Positions 1 through 11,979 of a stretch of 64,000 nucleotides of DNA are shown piece after piece. The first letter of the stretch is position 1. Every line of letters starts with the position of its first letter. The translations under genes were made by a program, and so were the position numbers. This DNA is from Paraphysomonas bandaiensis (lineage: Eukaryota > Protista > Chrysophyceae), in contig CBFFRP010000202.1 in the NCBI GenBank assembly GCA_965644295.1, positions 1-64,000 on the forward strand. Direction: 5' to 3'. The notes under the pieces were generated by a model. The model saw only the letters and a list, made by a program, of their open reading frames with translations, was not told where the DNA came from and did not search any database.

Positions 1-2902
1 GCTGCACTCGTCTTCGACACATGACGACAATAAATGCATCTCACCCAAAACTGACACATTCGTCACCACCCTTGGAGCCCTTGCACGCCTGCCCCTTGAT
101 GAGCGATCTGATGGAGCTTCCTCTCCCGGAGCACCTACGAAGTCAGAAGGGGATGGAACCGTCCCAGTCAACTGCTGTGATAAATGTCCGCTGGTCCCGT
201 CGTCACGAGATCCAGAACTTGCAGATGCTCTTGTTGCAAGGTCTTCACTCATCCGCTTTATATCGGCGATGTGAATAGGAGTCTTATCTTCCACTTGCTC
301 CGCACCACCAGACAATAGGGATCTATACCCTACAATCAAACCTTTTCGAACCAATATTCGTGTGGTCTTGTATAGGTGGCCGCCATCTTCATGGGTCTTT
401 CCGATTAAGTAATCGAAGTCTCTAATATTTCGTTCCTGAGGATCCACAGCAACCATGGCCTCGTCCATTTCTCGATAATAATCCGCCGATCTCTCAGGCA
501 CAGATTCATCGAATAAAACATGCACAGACGTAACTATAGTATCTCCAATCAATACTTGGTATCCCATTTGCTCCTCTGGGAACCCTACAAAGTATCCAGT
601 CTGTGCCTTTTCTTCCCAGTCTTTCCTGCGATCTGCCTTCGGGATGAGAACGTACGCCTTGCACCCCCATTTCCGTAACCAAGAAAAATCTGGCACCGTT
701 CCTCCAGGAACACACTCGTAGGGTGACATCCACCCTCTATAGGTCTTTGTGGGTAATCTTCTAAGAACCCAGCATGCATGTCTAAAGGCTTTCCACCACT
801 CCGCTTTTGGCATACCCGATGACAATAAAAGCGATAATGTCATTTCTCCTAGTGTCCTGAATTTCCGTTCTGAAACACCGTTTAATTCTGGTGTCTCCCT
901 AGTAGTGTAGGAGAATGTGGTTCCAAATTTTTGTAACAAGTATTCTTTGATTCGCCTGTCCATCAACTCTGGTCCACCATCAGCATGGTACTGCTGTATC
1001 CTGTTCCACCCTGGGTATTTTGGTAGCCTGACTTCACAGAGATGCTTCACGCATTTTAACACTTCATCCCCAGTTCTCGTTCGTAGACCGTATTCCCAGA
1101 ATTCTTTCGTAGCCGTATCTACAAATACAAGTGCGTACTTATACCCCTCCACAGATGGACAATTCATATAAACCGAAATATCCACTGTAATACGCTCCAG
1201 GAATGCTGTCGCCTTCATCTCCACATTCTGGTCACTTTGTCCTCGAAATGCATGTCTAGTGATCTTCGCCTTAGCACACCACTTGCACAAACTGGTCTCA
1301 CACTTCTTTTTGGTAGTCTTAGATAAATGATGTCGCTGTAGCCCTGTTCCCTTGATCAGCATATGTCTATGAGCCTCCAGTAGTTTTCCCTTAGCAACAT
1401 GACCGGCCCTTTCGTGCAGTAAATCGAGGGGATCCTGCTGAACTGTATCGGACAGCATCACTTCACTGCTCCCCCCCCATTACATAATGGCAGGACGATA
1501 TGCAAGGTAAATTTAACACATCATGCAATGCTACCCATGGCATTCCTCCATGCTCATCGTAATTTCCAACCAACACCTCTCTGCCAGTGTTCAATTCTAC
1601 GATTTTTGGTACTCTCAGTAATTCGAGTCCATACCCCATAGCCCGCAGCATACCTCCAGAGACAATATTCTTCACTGCATCGTTACATACTTTGATGCGC
1701 GCCCACTGCTGAAAACTTCCCACTCCTTGGGTCTCCATCGCCGATCCCCTTTTTGGTCAGTGATATTACTCCCGGCTCTTCTACATACTTCTCCAGCACT
1801 CTATCATCCTTGACGATAAACAACTGCTTTCCAGCACAGCTATCCAGGTACACTCGTTCATCTCCAGTTTCAGTCAGAAGTACTTCACCATCTATCATGT
1901 TGGTCTCCTCTCCAGATGAAACGTCATCATCTACGTATTTGGACCACCCCACTGATGAACTCTTCTTAACCTTCTTGGAGCCTTTTTCCTCATATTTTCT
2001 ATCGATCGATATCTTGTTCCTCTTTCCTCAGCGGCCTTGTGTTCTTTCCTGTGATAAGCCTGCAACCTTCTTCTTCTGGACCACTTGTTGCTCTTTCTCA
2101 TGTTATTTAGCTGGCAACTTCCCATTTCACTGAACTTTAAGACCTTTTTGTGTTTGACAGCCACATGCCATTACTGCCACCATAGATGACATTTGTTCTC
2201 CACCTCCTTGGTCAGGCATGGACCTGTTTTTCCTTGTTTGATCAATTCAACTCTCCAGACCTCGTTTAACTCATCAATTCTTCGCACGCGTCTTTAACTA
2301 TCTGATACGTGGTCGTTGCTTTAGGCAGCATTGCAATAGCTAACACCATTTCTTCAGCTCTGGAGTGTCGCCATGGACTTTTTGAATCTTGGCGAGCTTG
2401 CTACTCCTCGGCTGGCGGCTGTCCCAACTTTGTTAATTTCTGAATTATCCCATTCAGCCTATCAATACCAATAGCGACCTTTTCATTGGCTCTAATTTTT
2501 AAAGCTATGGTATTCCGCTGTAGTCTTCTCAAGTACATTTCCCCGCTCCCCCTAAACCTATCCACCAGCGTCTGAAGCATTTCATTGGACAAAACTTCCT
2601 TATTGGGATCATCATCTGGAAGTAACGCCTTCGCCTCCATGTATTGATTGGCAACCTCCAATACATCTGCGTCATGTTCACAAGCCTCCCAAATCGTTGC
2701 AACACACGTGTCATTTCGCTCATGCCATAATTCTCGTGCTCTGCCTCCTCCAACAGGTTTCAGCTTCTAACCCCAGATGGTTCCGATTTTTCTTCATCAG
2801 ATGAATCCTTATTTTTTTGAGCAGACGCCTCCGCCTGATACTTGTCGAACTTCAGCACCTTGTTGTCCTCCTTCGTCTCTTCAGTGCTACCACTCGCTAC
2901 CA
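1..2902 (-). mobile_element. Ty1/copia LTR retrotransposon internal region (gag, protease, integrase), degraded; RT would lie left of the window
   Basis: Minus strand: protease-like VYLDSCA (~1850), LHERAGH...CKWC zinc motif (~1280-1420), integrase core (YALVFVD, ADGGPEL, TPELNGVSER), WEEKAQTGYFVGF. PR-INT order is copia-type. Many frameshifts. PBS-like TGGTAGCGAG at 2893-2902 abuts the LTR. Confidence 0.9.
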
Positions 2903-3248
2903 TGTTAACAATGGACATTTCACTGAAGTTAACTTTGCTCTACGCGTAAACCGTAACCTTGCTGTTGAACACAATGCACTTTCAAGTAAGAAATTATAAT
3001 TATTATTCTGAACACTTCACTACATATTCGTGTAACATATGTTGAAACATCTGTTCCCAGCAACACCTGTTTATCATATGTTCATCAGTCAGTTCTATAT
3101 CTTGTATAGTCACACATCAGTAACTGAATTTAATTCCTTTGTAACTATAATCACCCGTTACACCTATGAGTTGACTTTATACCTATTGCACACTGTTAAC
3201 TCACTTCAATTGCACAATATATATCACATCATATTGCAGAACTCAACA
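2903..3248 (-). repeat. 5' LTR of the copia element
   Basis: TGTTGA...TTAACA termini, adjacent to the PBS; a diverged second copy begins at 31173. Confidence 0.85.
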
Positions 3249-4046
3249 GTACAAGGTACAACGGACCCTAATAGAGCGTCATTTGTGTAGACATATTTTG
3301 GCCTTAACGAATAAACAGGCATCCTGGAATGGGCGTTTGGGGTATCTGAAGTCAAGCATCCGGGCTGTTTACCTCAAGGACTCAAAAAATCCTGAGTCAA
3401 CAAATGTCAGGTATATTAACATTCTACTTGCTCACTGCGTTTGCATTGAGCTTTAGTGCGAAAGTGGAAGCACCTTGGTTCTTGTGGTGATACACAAGAA
3501 GCTGATTTCGTAGCGTTAAATATTAAATAGTAGGATATCAGAGCTAAGTACTGGTTAACCTAGGTCTAAGGAGTATCGCCCCTTGTCAAATTTAAACTAG
3601 GTACACCCTCGATTATATGGCGCAGACGAACCAGTCCTCCTTACCTTCATGGTAAATATAACTATATCAATATGAAAGTCGGAAACTGTAAAACATGCAC
3701 CGCTCATAGCAGCATATATATATTACGAATATATTCCCGCTGATGACTTACTTAATCCAAAACACTATGGCTTCATTAACGTTATTCGGACATTCTAAAC
3801 ATAGAGAGAGAACATTGACTTAAAATTATTTTTAGACTGGTGATGTTAACTGAAATATATGTACCATCACAACCTATCTAGTTTCATACAAAATATATGT
3901 ACAAGTGCAAAATGGGGCAGAGTACTGCTCGCCAGTATACCAAAATGGTGGCCGATGGACACCACTCAAGACTTACTTCTACTTCAATGTCAAATCAAAA
4001 CTATATCATCATGCACAATACAACTACGTGGTGTGTGCATCAAATA

Positions 4047-4680
4047 TCATATTAATGAAGTAGTTGTACTCTTCATTCGACCATCTGTTCCTGCGCAGCA
4101 GTAATCAACCTTTGTTTTGGGTGGAGACGCGAGATTAAACAGAGCGTAACCAGCAGCGATTCCACAGAGCACCATACAAAATATCTCGACGTTGTAAGTC
4201 ATTGCACAGAGCACTAAGGAAATATCCCATGCAGACCTGGGCAGCATGAAGCAGTACCATCAGTGCATCCCGCCACCAAGACCACTGTACCCGCTTGTAG
4301 CGAGATCTCTGCGCATTTTAGTGATATACTCCACAAGCATACCCAGCATGAACACGCCTAGGCAACCAATAGCAAATTTCCACCTCGAGTCCAATGTCCA
4401 GTCGGTAAACAAAAAGTTTATACAGAGGATATCAGCACTGTCCTCTTGCACAGTCGAAGCAAATCCATCCATATACATTGTGGTTCCTGGTCCAGTACAA
4501 AAGCTCGAGCTTGATCCTGTGGAATTCCCTTCACCACTACCCAGACACTGAAGTTCACACGCCTCCATCCCTGTATATTGATTACAAGTCCAAAATATGT
4601 TATAGTAAATCAAATACCTGACGAAGGACAATCAACCACCCCATCCACGGGTTCACCTGTCACGGTGTCCACACTCTGCC
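4047..4680 (-). pseudogene. Ctr-family copper transporter, 5'-truncated and frameshifted
   Basis: MYMDGF, CINFLFTDWTLDS, LCAMTYNVEIF and GIAAG (GxxxG); two frameshifts near 4215 and 4275; intron ~4571-4617; upstream part replaced by a copia fragment. Confidence 0.75.
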
Positions 4681-5430
4681 TGGATGCAGCCAACAGTGGC
4701 TACGTCGACTATGGAAGCTGAATATATGGCTGCATATGCTGCAATTCAGGAGATTGTATGGATACGAGGGGTGATGACAGAGCTCGGAATTCGTGGATTT
4801 GAGCTCAGTAAGAATGCGTCTCCAACAATCTTGAATATGGACAGCAAGAGTGCAATTGATCTAGCTCAGAACCCGGTACATCATAAACGTTCCAAGCATA
4901 TTCGGATCAAGTATCATTGGATTCGAGAGCAAGTGGGAGGCTGTATCGTCAGGCTGAATCATGTGCCAACGGCAGAGATGACAGCAGACGTGATGACTAA
5001 AGCCTTGTCCGAGAAGCTGCACTATCAGCATGTGCACACTATGGTATCGCACTAATAAGTAGACTTGCTTATTACAGTATATTCTGATATGTTCATTGAG
5101 TGGGAGTATTGAAGTACAACCAACTCCTACGTGCGTACTTGAAGTTTGGTAAAGCCAATCGCTAGTAGTTATCCTGTATTCTATGTAGCAATGAAATACA
5201 GAATATACATGACTACAGTATAGGAGTAGCTATTACAAGTATTCAAAGAAACTGAAAATATAGTAGCTGTTAAAGATATGATTTGTAGAACAGAATGTTG
5301 ATGTTGGTGAATGACGTGGTTCCTAACTCACAGGGCTACAACATCATAAACTTACTATATCTCCTATAATATCAATCAGTCAATATTGCACTAACTAAAA
5401 GCGTAAATTAATACTGATTATTACTCAACA
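4681..5430 (+). mobile_element. Ty1/copia RNase H fragment with PPT and 3' LTR
   Basis: QPTVATSTMEAEY...DSKSAI...HKRSKHIRIKYH...MTADVMTKAL (4684-5055); polypurine GAGTGGGAG at 5098-5106; LTR-like TATTGA...TCAACA at 5107-5430. Confidence 0.9.
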
Positions 5431-5948
5431 GCCCAATAGTACTCCAGCTACACAATCTACTACTCTAGTCTCTAGTACCACTACTTATTACCTGACACTA
5501 GCCGGGAGTCTCTGGAGCTTAAAGCCATTTCTGATGCATTATTTCTCTTTTTACCACGACTGAGAGCATTGCTCAGTAAGTCGAGCATATCCACTACCTC
5601 ACCTGCATGGTCTCCTTTTTCCATTTCAAACACGGTTTCATGCTGTAAATCAGCACATGAATCAACGACGTACTCGGACTGAACTTTCACTGCGCATTTC
5701 AAATGCTTTACTCCTCTCCAATACTAATAGGCATACTGCTTGCTTGCGTCATCTTCAATAACCTCGAGACATACACTCTCCGCTTTTCTACAGGTCACGG
5801 GAACCCACTTGTCACGCTCATTTTGTCGATAATGAGGCATAAACCTTTACAATAGCTCTCCCGCATAGATAGTTAGTATTGAAGCTTACTATACGAACTC
5901 CCAGTTAATAAGAGCACGATTCAGTGTCTTCGCTCTCTCAAATTCCGT

Positions 5949-6092
5949 CTGTGGGAATAAGTCGATCCAGCAAAAAAATCGACCTTTTTTCGTTATTTCT
6001 CTGAAATATATTCGTCAAAAAACAACATGCATCAAAAAAGCCTGGATTTTTTGCTGGATCGACATATTCTGCTGGATCTTATTCCCACACAG
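5949..6092. mobile_element. Small MITE-like inverted-repeat element
   Basis: TGTGGGAATAAG...CTTATTCCCACA termini, plus internal GTCGATCCAGCAAAAAA / TTTTTTGCTGGATCGAC inverted arms. Confidence 0.6.
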
Positions 6093-6674
6093 AAATGCTT
6101 ATTGGAATTCCAAATTACTATCTAAGTGCGTGGCATTCGCTACTTCAAAATTGAAGTTGCGGTTTTTGCAACACGACATCAAGATTTCAGCTGGATGATG
6201 GTATCTTGTTCCCTCAAACCATCCCTATCTGCTTCTTGGAGTTCCAAAACGCTGTTCACATACCAGTGCCTGCCCATACTTCAATGTTCTGTTCGACGTC
6301 ACACTTTAGTCAGCCGCATAGCATTTGCGATTACTATACAATCACAACTTCACTGCAATCAAGTCAGAGTTATCATCCCGACAAAGATTCGTGTCCTCAC
6401 AGTGAGTGTTGCCTGGAGTGACACTTCTTTATTGGCAAGCTCCATTTCTGATTGGCTTCTGCGGTATGTTTTTTTGGACAAGACGATGAAAAACGACGCT
6501 TTTGTTCTGGTTAGCACGAAGGGCATCCCAGTAGAGCTCATAGAACTCCCATCCATACACTCGTATTCAGAATATACTCCAGAGCGCAAGTAAAAGTCCC
6601 TTGCCTGACAATCCTGGAGTTTTACTTGCGCTCTGGAACTGGAGGAAGATTTTACTCCCTTGCCTGACGATCTA

Positions 6675-6776
6675 TACTTAGTAACACTTACATTCGACAC
6701 GTAGTAACCTTTCGACACTTAGTAACACTTACTTCTATTCACACTTAGTAACAACGATACTTAGTAACACTTACAT
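6675..6776. repeat. Short repeated motif ACTTAGTAACAC (about 4 copies)
   Basis: Direct copies near 6677, 6717, 6742 and 6759. Confidence 0.6.
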
Positions 6777-6787
6777 TAATGAACACA

Positions 6788-8423
6788 TATTAGACAGTTA
6801 GACATAATAAATTTAGTAAGGATATACTTTTGATATTATTAGAGATAAAGATTGAACGATAAGGCCTAATAGTATAATAGCAAGACACGTTTGAGCAGAG
6901 CGTTAGCACCACACACATGTGCGTATCTTGTACAGTCGCGTATCATGTATAGTTTGGTAATTATTCAGTCTATTTGCTATTTGGTATTTCATTGTATACA
7001 TGTGTTGTATTCACGCGTTAAGGGATATACGTGAATCAATGACTCCTAATACTCCCCCTCAATGCAATAATCATATGACGTATACATAGATTTTAGGTGT
7101 ATATGTGAATTTAGGTGTATATATTTGGAGATAGTTCTACTGAGGGTAAAACCCACGAGTGCAATCACAGATTGTGGATTACACTGATGTCAACATACAG
7201 CATACTCGTGGGAAACTCCGTAGATCTCTAAGTCATCCATCGTGGTCTCTTGGTTGAGTTCTCTGCCGGTGGGATAGATACTTTTGTTCTTTTATTGCTA
7301 GCAGGTATGTTGATGCCTCCCCCCCCCATTAGTGAATCCCGCAATCTGTGGAACGAGTTTGATGTGAGAGGTTTATAGTTAGAATGTCAGCCAGCATCTC
7401 GTTTGTAGGCATATGTAATCAACAATAATGGAGTGCGATGCGACTTGTTCTCTTATGAAGTGATATCTGATGGCAATATGTTTTGTTCGACGGTGGTGTA
7501 CGGGGTTTAGGCATTGTTGAATTGCACCTTTGTTGTCACACCATATGGTTGTTGAGTATGGTATGTGGAAGCCCAATTCCGAGAGTAATGACCGTAGCCA
7601 AATAGCTTCTTGACATGCTGTTGATAGTGCCATGTACTCCGCTTCTGTAGAGGATAGAGCTACAGTGGTCTGGAGTCGTGATTGCCAGGAAATGAGACAA
7701 TTTCCAATAAAGAAGCAAAACGCTGTGGTCGACCTGCGAGTTAAGTTGCAGCGTGCCCAATCACTGTCAGCGAATCCAGTTAAGGTAACAGTTTTCCCGG
7801 AGTACTGTAGACCTTGATCGATATGGTGCCTTTGAGGTACCTAAGTATGTTTAATGCGGCTTTGCATGTAGTTAGATTTGGGTTAGTACTGAAACGAGCA
7901 AGGGTGTTTACAGCATATGCAATATCAGTTCTAGTGCACACAGCAATATACATAGTGAACCTATGAGTTCCTTGTATAGGAAATTTTTGACAAATTCTCG
8001 ATTTTCTTGGGATAGTTGTTTCGTTTCGAACATGTCAATGTCAATGGGGTGACTACGTGGTTTACAATCTTGCATGTTGAATCTGTGGAGTAGATCTCGT
8101 ATGTATTGAGATTGATTTAGCGTCGTAGTTTGATTCTGTAGATCCTGTTTGACGAATATGCCGAGGTAGTAATCTAGGAGGCCGAGATCATGAATGTCGA
8201 ATTTTTCAGCTAACGAATTCTTGATTTGGGTGATGTCAGTCCTATTTTTAGCGGCGATAATGATGTCATCCACGTAAACTGCCAGAATTATGAGTCGTCC
8301 ATCGATTGATTTCTTGAAGATGCACGGGTCGGATACTAATCTGGTGAAACCACAGTCTAACAACTAATTAGTACAACATTTATACCAATTTAACCCGGAC
8401 TGTTTGAGTCCGTATATGCTCTG
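6788..8423 (-). mobile_element. Ty1/copia RT-RNase H fragment with PPT and 3' LTR
   Basis: SIYGLKQSG, LAVYVDDIII (RT), STEAEYMALS...HRRTKHIAIRYH (RNase H); in-frame stop and frameshifts; PPT GAGGGGGAG at 7052-7060; LTR-like 6788-7051 with TATTAG...CTAATA ends. Confidence 0.9.
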
Positions 8424-8597
8424 TGATGTTTCTGAGAATGACAGAAAGCTCTCTCTAAAAACGTTTTAACAGATTAAAGTGTACGCCAGCGGGCTGCTAC
8501 ACTGTTAAGCCTACCAGCGGGTAGAACTCCTCCACACAAACGCAAACCGCGAATGAGCTTAATTGAATCGTTATTAAAACGTTATATAGAAGAAGAA

Positions 8598-11500
8598 TGA
8601 GTAACACAGCTATACATCTCTACAGTGTCTCAAGCAAATTGTGAAAGGTCATTCCTGGTACAGTCCTCTGAGGAATGGGGTGGTGAAGAAGTGTGTTATG
8701 CACCAAGACTGTGAGCACTTTGTGAAAGTGCTCAAGACAGGAGAAGTGTACGAGCGAGGTGTACATAGTACACTCGTCAATGTAAACGTCCCCAAGTCGA
8801 GGGGAATATCTCCTCAAATCATTGACGAGGTCGATGAGAAAATCCGCGAAGGTTTCATGCCGACATACATTTCCAACTTTTACAAAAAAAGCCACTCGGA
8901 GTACCGAAACGTTGCTCCCACTGTTCACCAAGTATCGAATCGAAAGAAATTTCTACATAAAAGCACTTTAAAAGTGGACTCAGTGAAGGAGCTGCAGTCC
9001 TATCTGCAGTCCAAGACTGTAAGTATACACTTTACTGATATTATATACTTCACCTAGACTTATGTTATCAACATACAGGTACCTATTGCAGGACTTACAT
9101 GCCGTGATATTGTGAACTGTCCGGAAGAAGAGAGCGCAGATATGCTGGTGCTAAAAACTTTCCAGCAGGAAAGTCAGGATGACGATGGCAACCCTGTAGT
9201 ATTTGATGGCTGGATATTTTCCAGCTATCATGAGCTCGATAATTTTATCGCTGTACTCAAGGCATACAAGGAGACAGGTCTGTACCTTTCCGTAGATTCC
9301 ACGTATAAGGTGACGAATAATGGGTGGACATTGACTGCCCTAATTGCCGACAACCTCATAGAATCACGTGGAGGTAAGTATACCTAAAGTACTCATACCT
9401 TTAATGTATTTAACATATATATGTATAATATGACAGAACATCATTTGACTAGAAAACCTGTCCCATTATTCCACGCCTGCAGTATATAATATAATTAGAT
9501 CTGATTATTACATGAGAAAACTTGTTGCATTTATCTATCTATTTCTTTAGACTAATTGTGACACAGAATATGAAATGCTCAGTTATCTCGGGACTGCTTT
9601 TGCATTGCTGCAAGCACCTTGGTGCAACCATCCCTTGTTTTAAGTTTAGTCTGGTGGTCGTCCTTTGAGTAGTGTGTCTGGTGGTCCATTTCCGCATGCG
9701 AGTCGAGGTGTGGGGGGTGATGCGCCATGCTGTGGATGTGTGTCTGCGGGGGTTTTGGGAGTTCTAGTTGTAGTTACGGTTCTGTCGGAAATGAGTGTTG
9801 TCTGCCTCCGGATCGGGTTGGCAGGCCTGCGTTGAGGGCGGGGTCTCGTGTGGGGCACGGCTCTGGGGGTGGATGTTGCTTTAAGTAGCTGGAGGATCGT
9901 CGGGTTGGTGGTAGGGTTACTCCCAGTGTGTTGTCACCCCGACTGGGCATCAACACATCAATGTGTAACCACGCCTGCAGTAGAGCGGAAGCTCGTCCGT
10001 TATTTGTGGCCCTATTCACCGTGGTGAAAGAGGTAGCAAAGCAGCTTGGGTACCCAAGTACCCGAATTCGATGCTGCGGGATGGGCCACTGCAAGGCGTC
10101 CCTCAATGGTCTTCTTGATGTAGAACCTTCTGCTACGGCTGTGGACTGCAACATTCATGTGCTTAGGGGCATGGCTAAGAACAAACACAGGCTTGTAAAT
10201 AAGTTATATTTAGATACAGCGATTGGTCACATGCCAAGAGGTAACGGGATATGTATACACTGTATGCATTATATTTAATAATATTAAACGTTTACGATGT
10301 ACAGATGCTACGTGCCATATCCGAAAGGAGAATATTTATACTAATGCGTGATGCCGTTGTTAGAGAGAGTGGCGAAGTAATGGTGAAGATGACTATGCAG
10401 CCTGGTTTTGCAAGGTATACCTTGCTTCTAGTTCTAATACACGGCTATTGCTAATATAAGACGACATTCACTACTATAGGTATACCTCGCTGAGGAGTGG
10501 AATGGGGGTACATTCAACGTAGGGGCACCGGGCATACCCGGTCACGCCCCGCAGAACAATACATCGGAGTCATTATTTCGATCTATTAAGTTACAGATTA
10601 AGGAGAGGGCGGCTATGGCACATTTTATAGAGGTCTCTATTCCTTCTATGTTGAGACATCTGCGAGAAAAGTACCGGGTCACTAGGGTCAATTTCTTATG
10701 TAATGATCAGCTTGCTTTACTGCAACATGGTCACGTGCATCGAGAGTGCCTGCTGCTTGGCGCATGCTCTATTATTGATCCAGGTCCTCAAAACTGTAAA
10801 CGCATGGATGTAGTAGTGAAAGGTAGAAATGAAGTCCATTGGTTAGTAACTCTAATTTATTATATAATATGCGTCAGTAACATAAGTTTTCTAATATAGG
10901 TATGTGAACTCAAAAAGAAAAACTTGTTCATTGAACACACCAAGTCTTTCATAGATATGTTCCATTGCGTTAAAGGAAGAGACACATATCAAGTAGAGGA
11001 ATGTAGGGAGAGGTGAAATAAATATTGTACTTCTTTATTTATGTACTAATCATTCTATATAACAGATTCCTCAGTATGTTTGTTGTTCGAGAAGTTCCTT
11101 ACAAAATAAAGCGTAGGACCTATACCTCTCTTATTTGCAGCTGTCCGCGGTTTTGGGACAATGGTCGTTACTGCTCCCACTCCCTAGCCGTACATCACTT
11201 GCGAGGTATGTGTATGTCACTTACACACCCTTACATATATTAATTATGTCCTTAGGGGACATTGATGTAAAGCACATGGCGAGCACTATCAGGCCTGCAA
11301 GGAAACGCGGCCGGCCTCGCAATGCAGCTAGGGCACTTATCAACGATGACCCCATAAATGTGGAGGCCCTTAAGCCAGGGGACTGGAAGAACGCGTATGT
11401 TCGCCACCCACAGTACTTGAATGGTATGTGCGTGGATTACCGCGTGGTGCCGAACCACAGAAATAAAAAAATTCTTCGCTGGCAGTGTCGGTTTTCTGAT

Positions 11501-11635
11501 GCTCCAGATGACATCCTTGCTCATCCGAAGATTGTGGGGTTCGATGCCCATGAAATGAAGATTGCTGTGGAGCTACACCGGACTTGGTCATCAGAAACAG
11601 CCCAATTTGCATTCGACTGTGAAGACGAAGTGTGA
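8598..11635 (+). mobile_element. MULE (Mutator-like) transposase gene, multi-intron, disrupted
   Basis: SVDSTYKVTNNGWTL (first catalytic Asp region), DCNIHVLR (CxxH), QNNTSESLF, SWIM finger CSCPRFWDNGRYCSH, AT-hook-like RKRGRPR; interrupted by an insertion at 9485-9968. Termini not resolved. Confidence 0.85.
9485..9968 (-). mobile_element. 5'-truncated non-LTR (LINE-like) retrotransposon insertion
   Basis: Flanked by a 14-bp direct repeat CCACGCCTGCAGTA (9471-9484 and 9969-9982); removing it restores the MULE frame (PLFHACSRAEARPLF). Pro-rich ORF ending GRPPD*, followed by a 3'UTR and an AT-rich tail. Confidence 0.75.
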
Positions 11636-11671
11636 GGCATATAGAATTTAATTTATGGCTATAGTATGCTC

Positions 11672-11830
11672 CCCTGTTTGACTAGGTGAATACTCAATTC
11701 CACCTAGTCATTGTAAAGTTAAAAATCTAATTATTTAATGACTAGGTTTTTCAACCTTTTGACTAGGTTATTACACCAATTTTGGTGTGACTAGGAAATT
11801 CCCCAAAATTGACTAGGTCGAAAAATACAT
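11672..11830. repeat. GACTAGG-rich subterminal repeat array, probable DNA-transposon end
   Basis: About six GACTAGG/CCTAGTC motifs; diverged inverted copy at ~19861-19990. Confidence 0.65.
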
Positions 11831-11979
11831 CCCGACGGCCTAGACGTTGCTTGGTTTTATCACACTAGCACTACATTCTTCACTAGCGCACTCCCTCGGA
11901 ATGGCTGGGGCAATAATTATCCCTAACCAATTAATTATAAAAATTGTAAAAGCTATCTATCTAACAATAGAGCAAAGAA

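Noticed and set aside
4260-4262. TGA in the Ctr gene as a second selenocysteine
   Set aside because: It results from a frameshift; the homologous sequence continues in another frame.
5481-6718. ORF fragments 5481-5702 and 6126-6718
   Set aside because: No recognisable motif; probably decayed element sequence.
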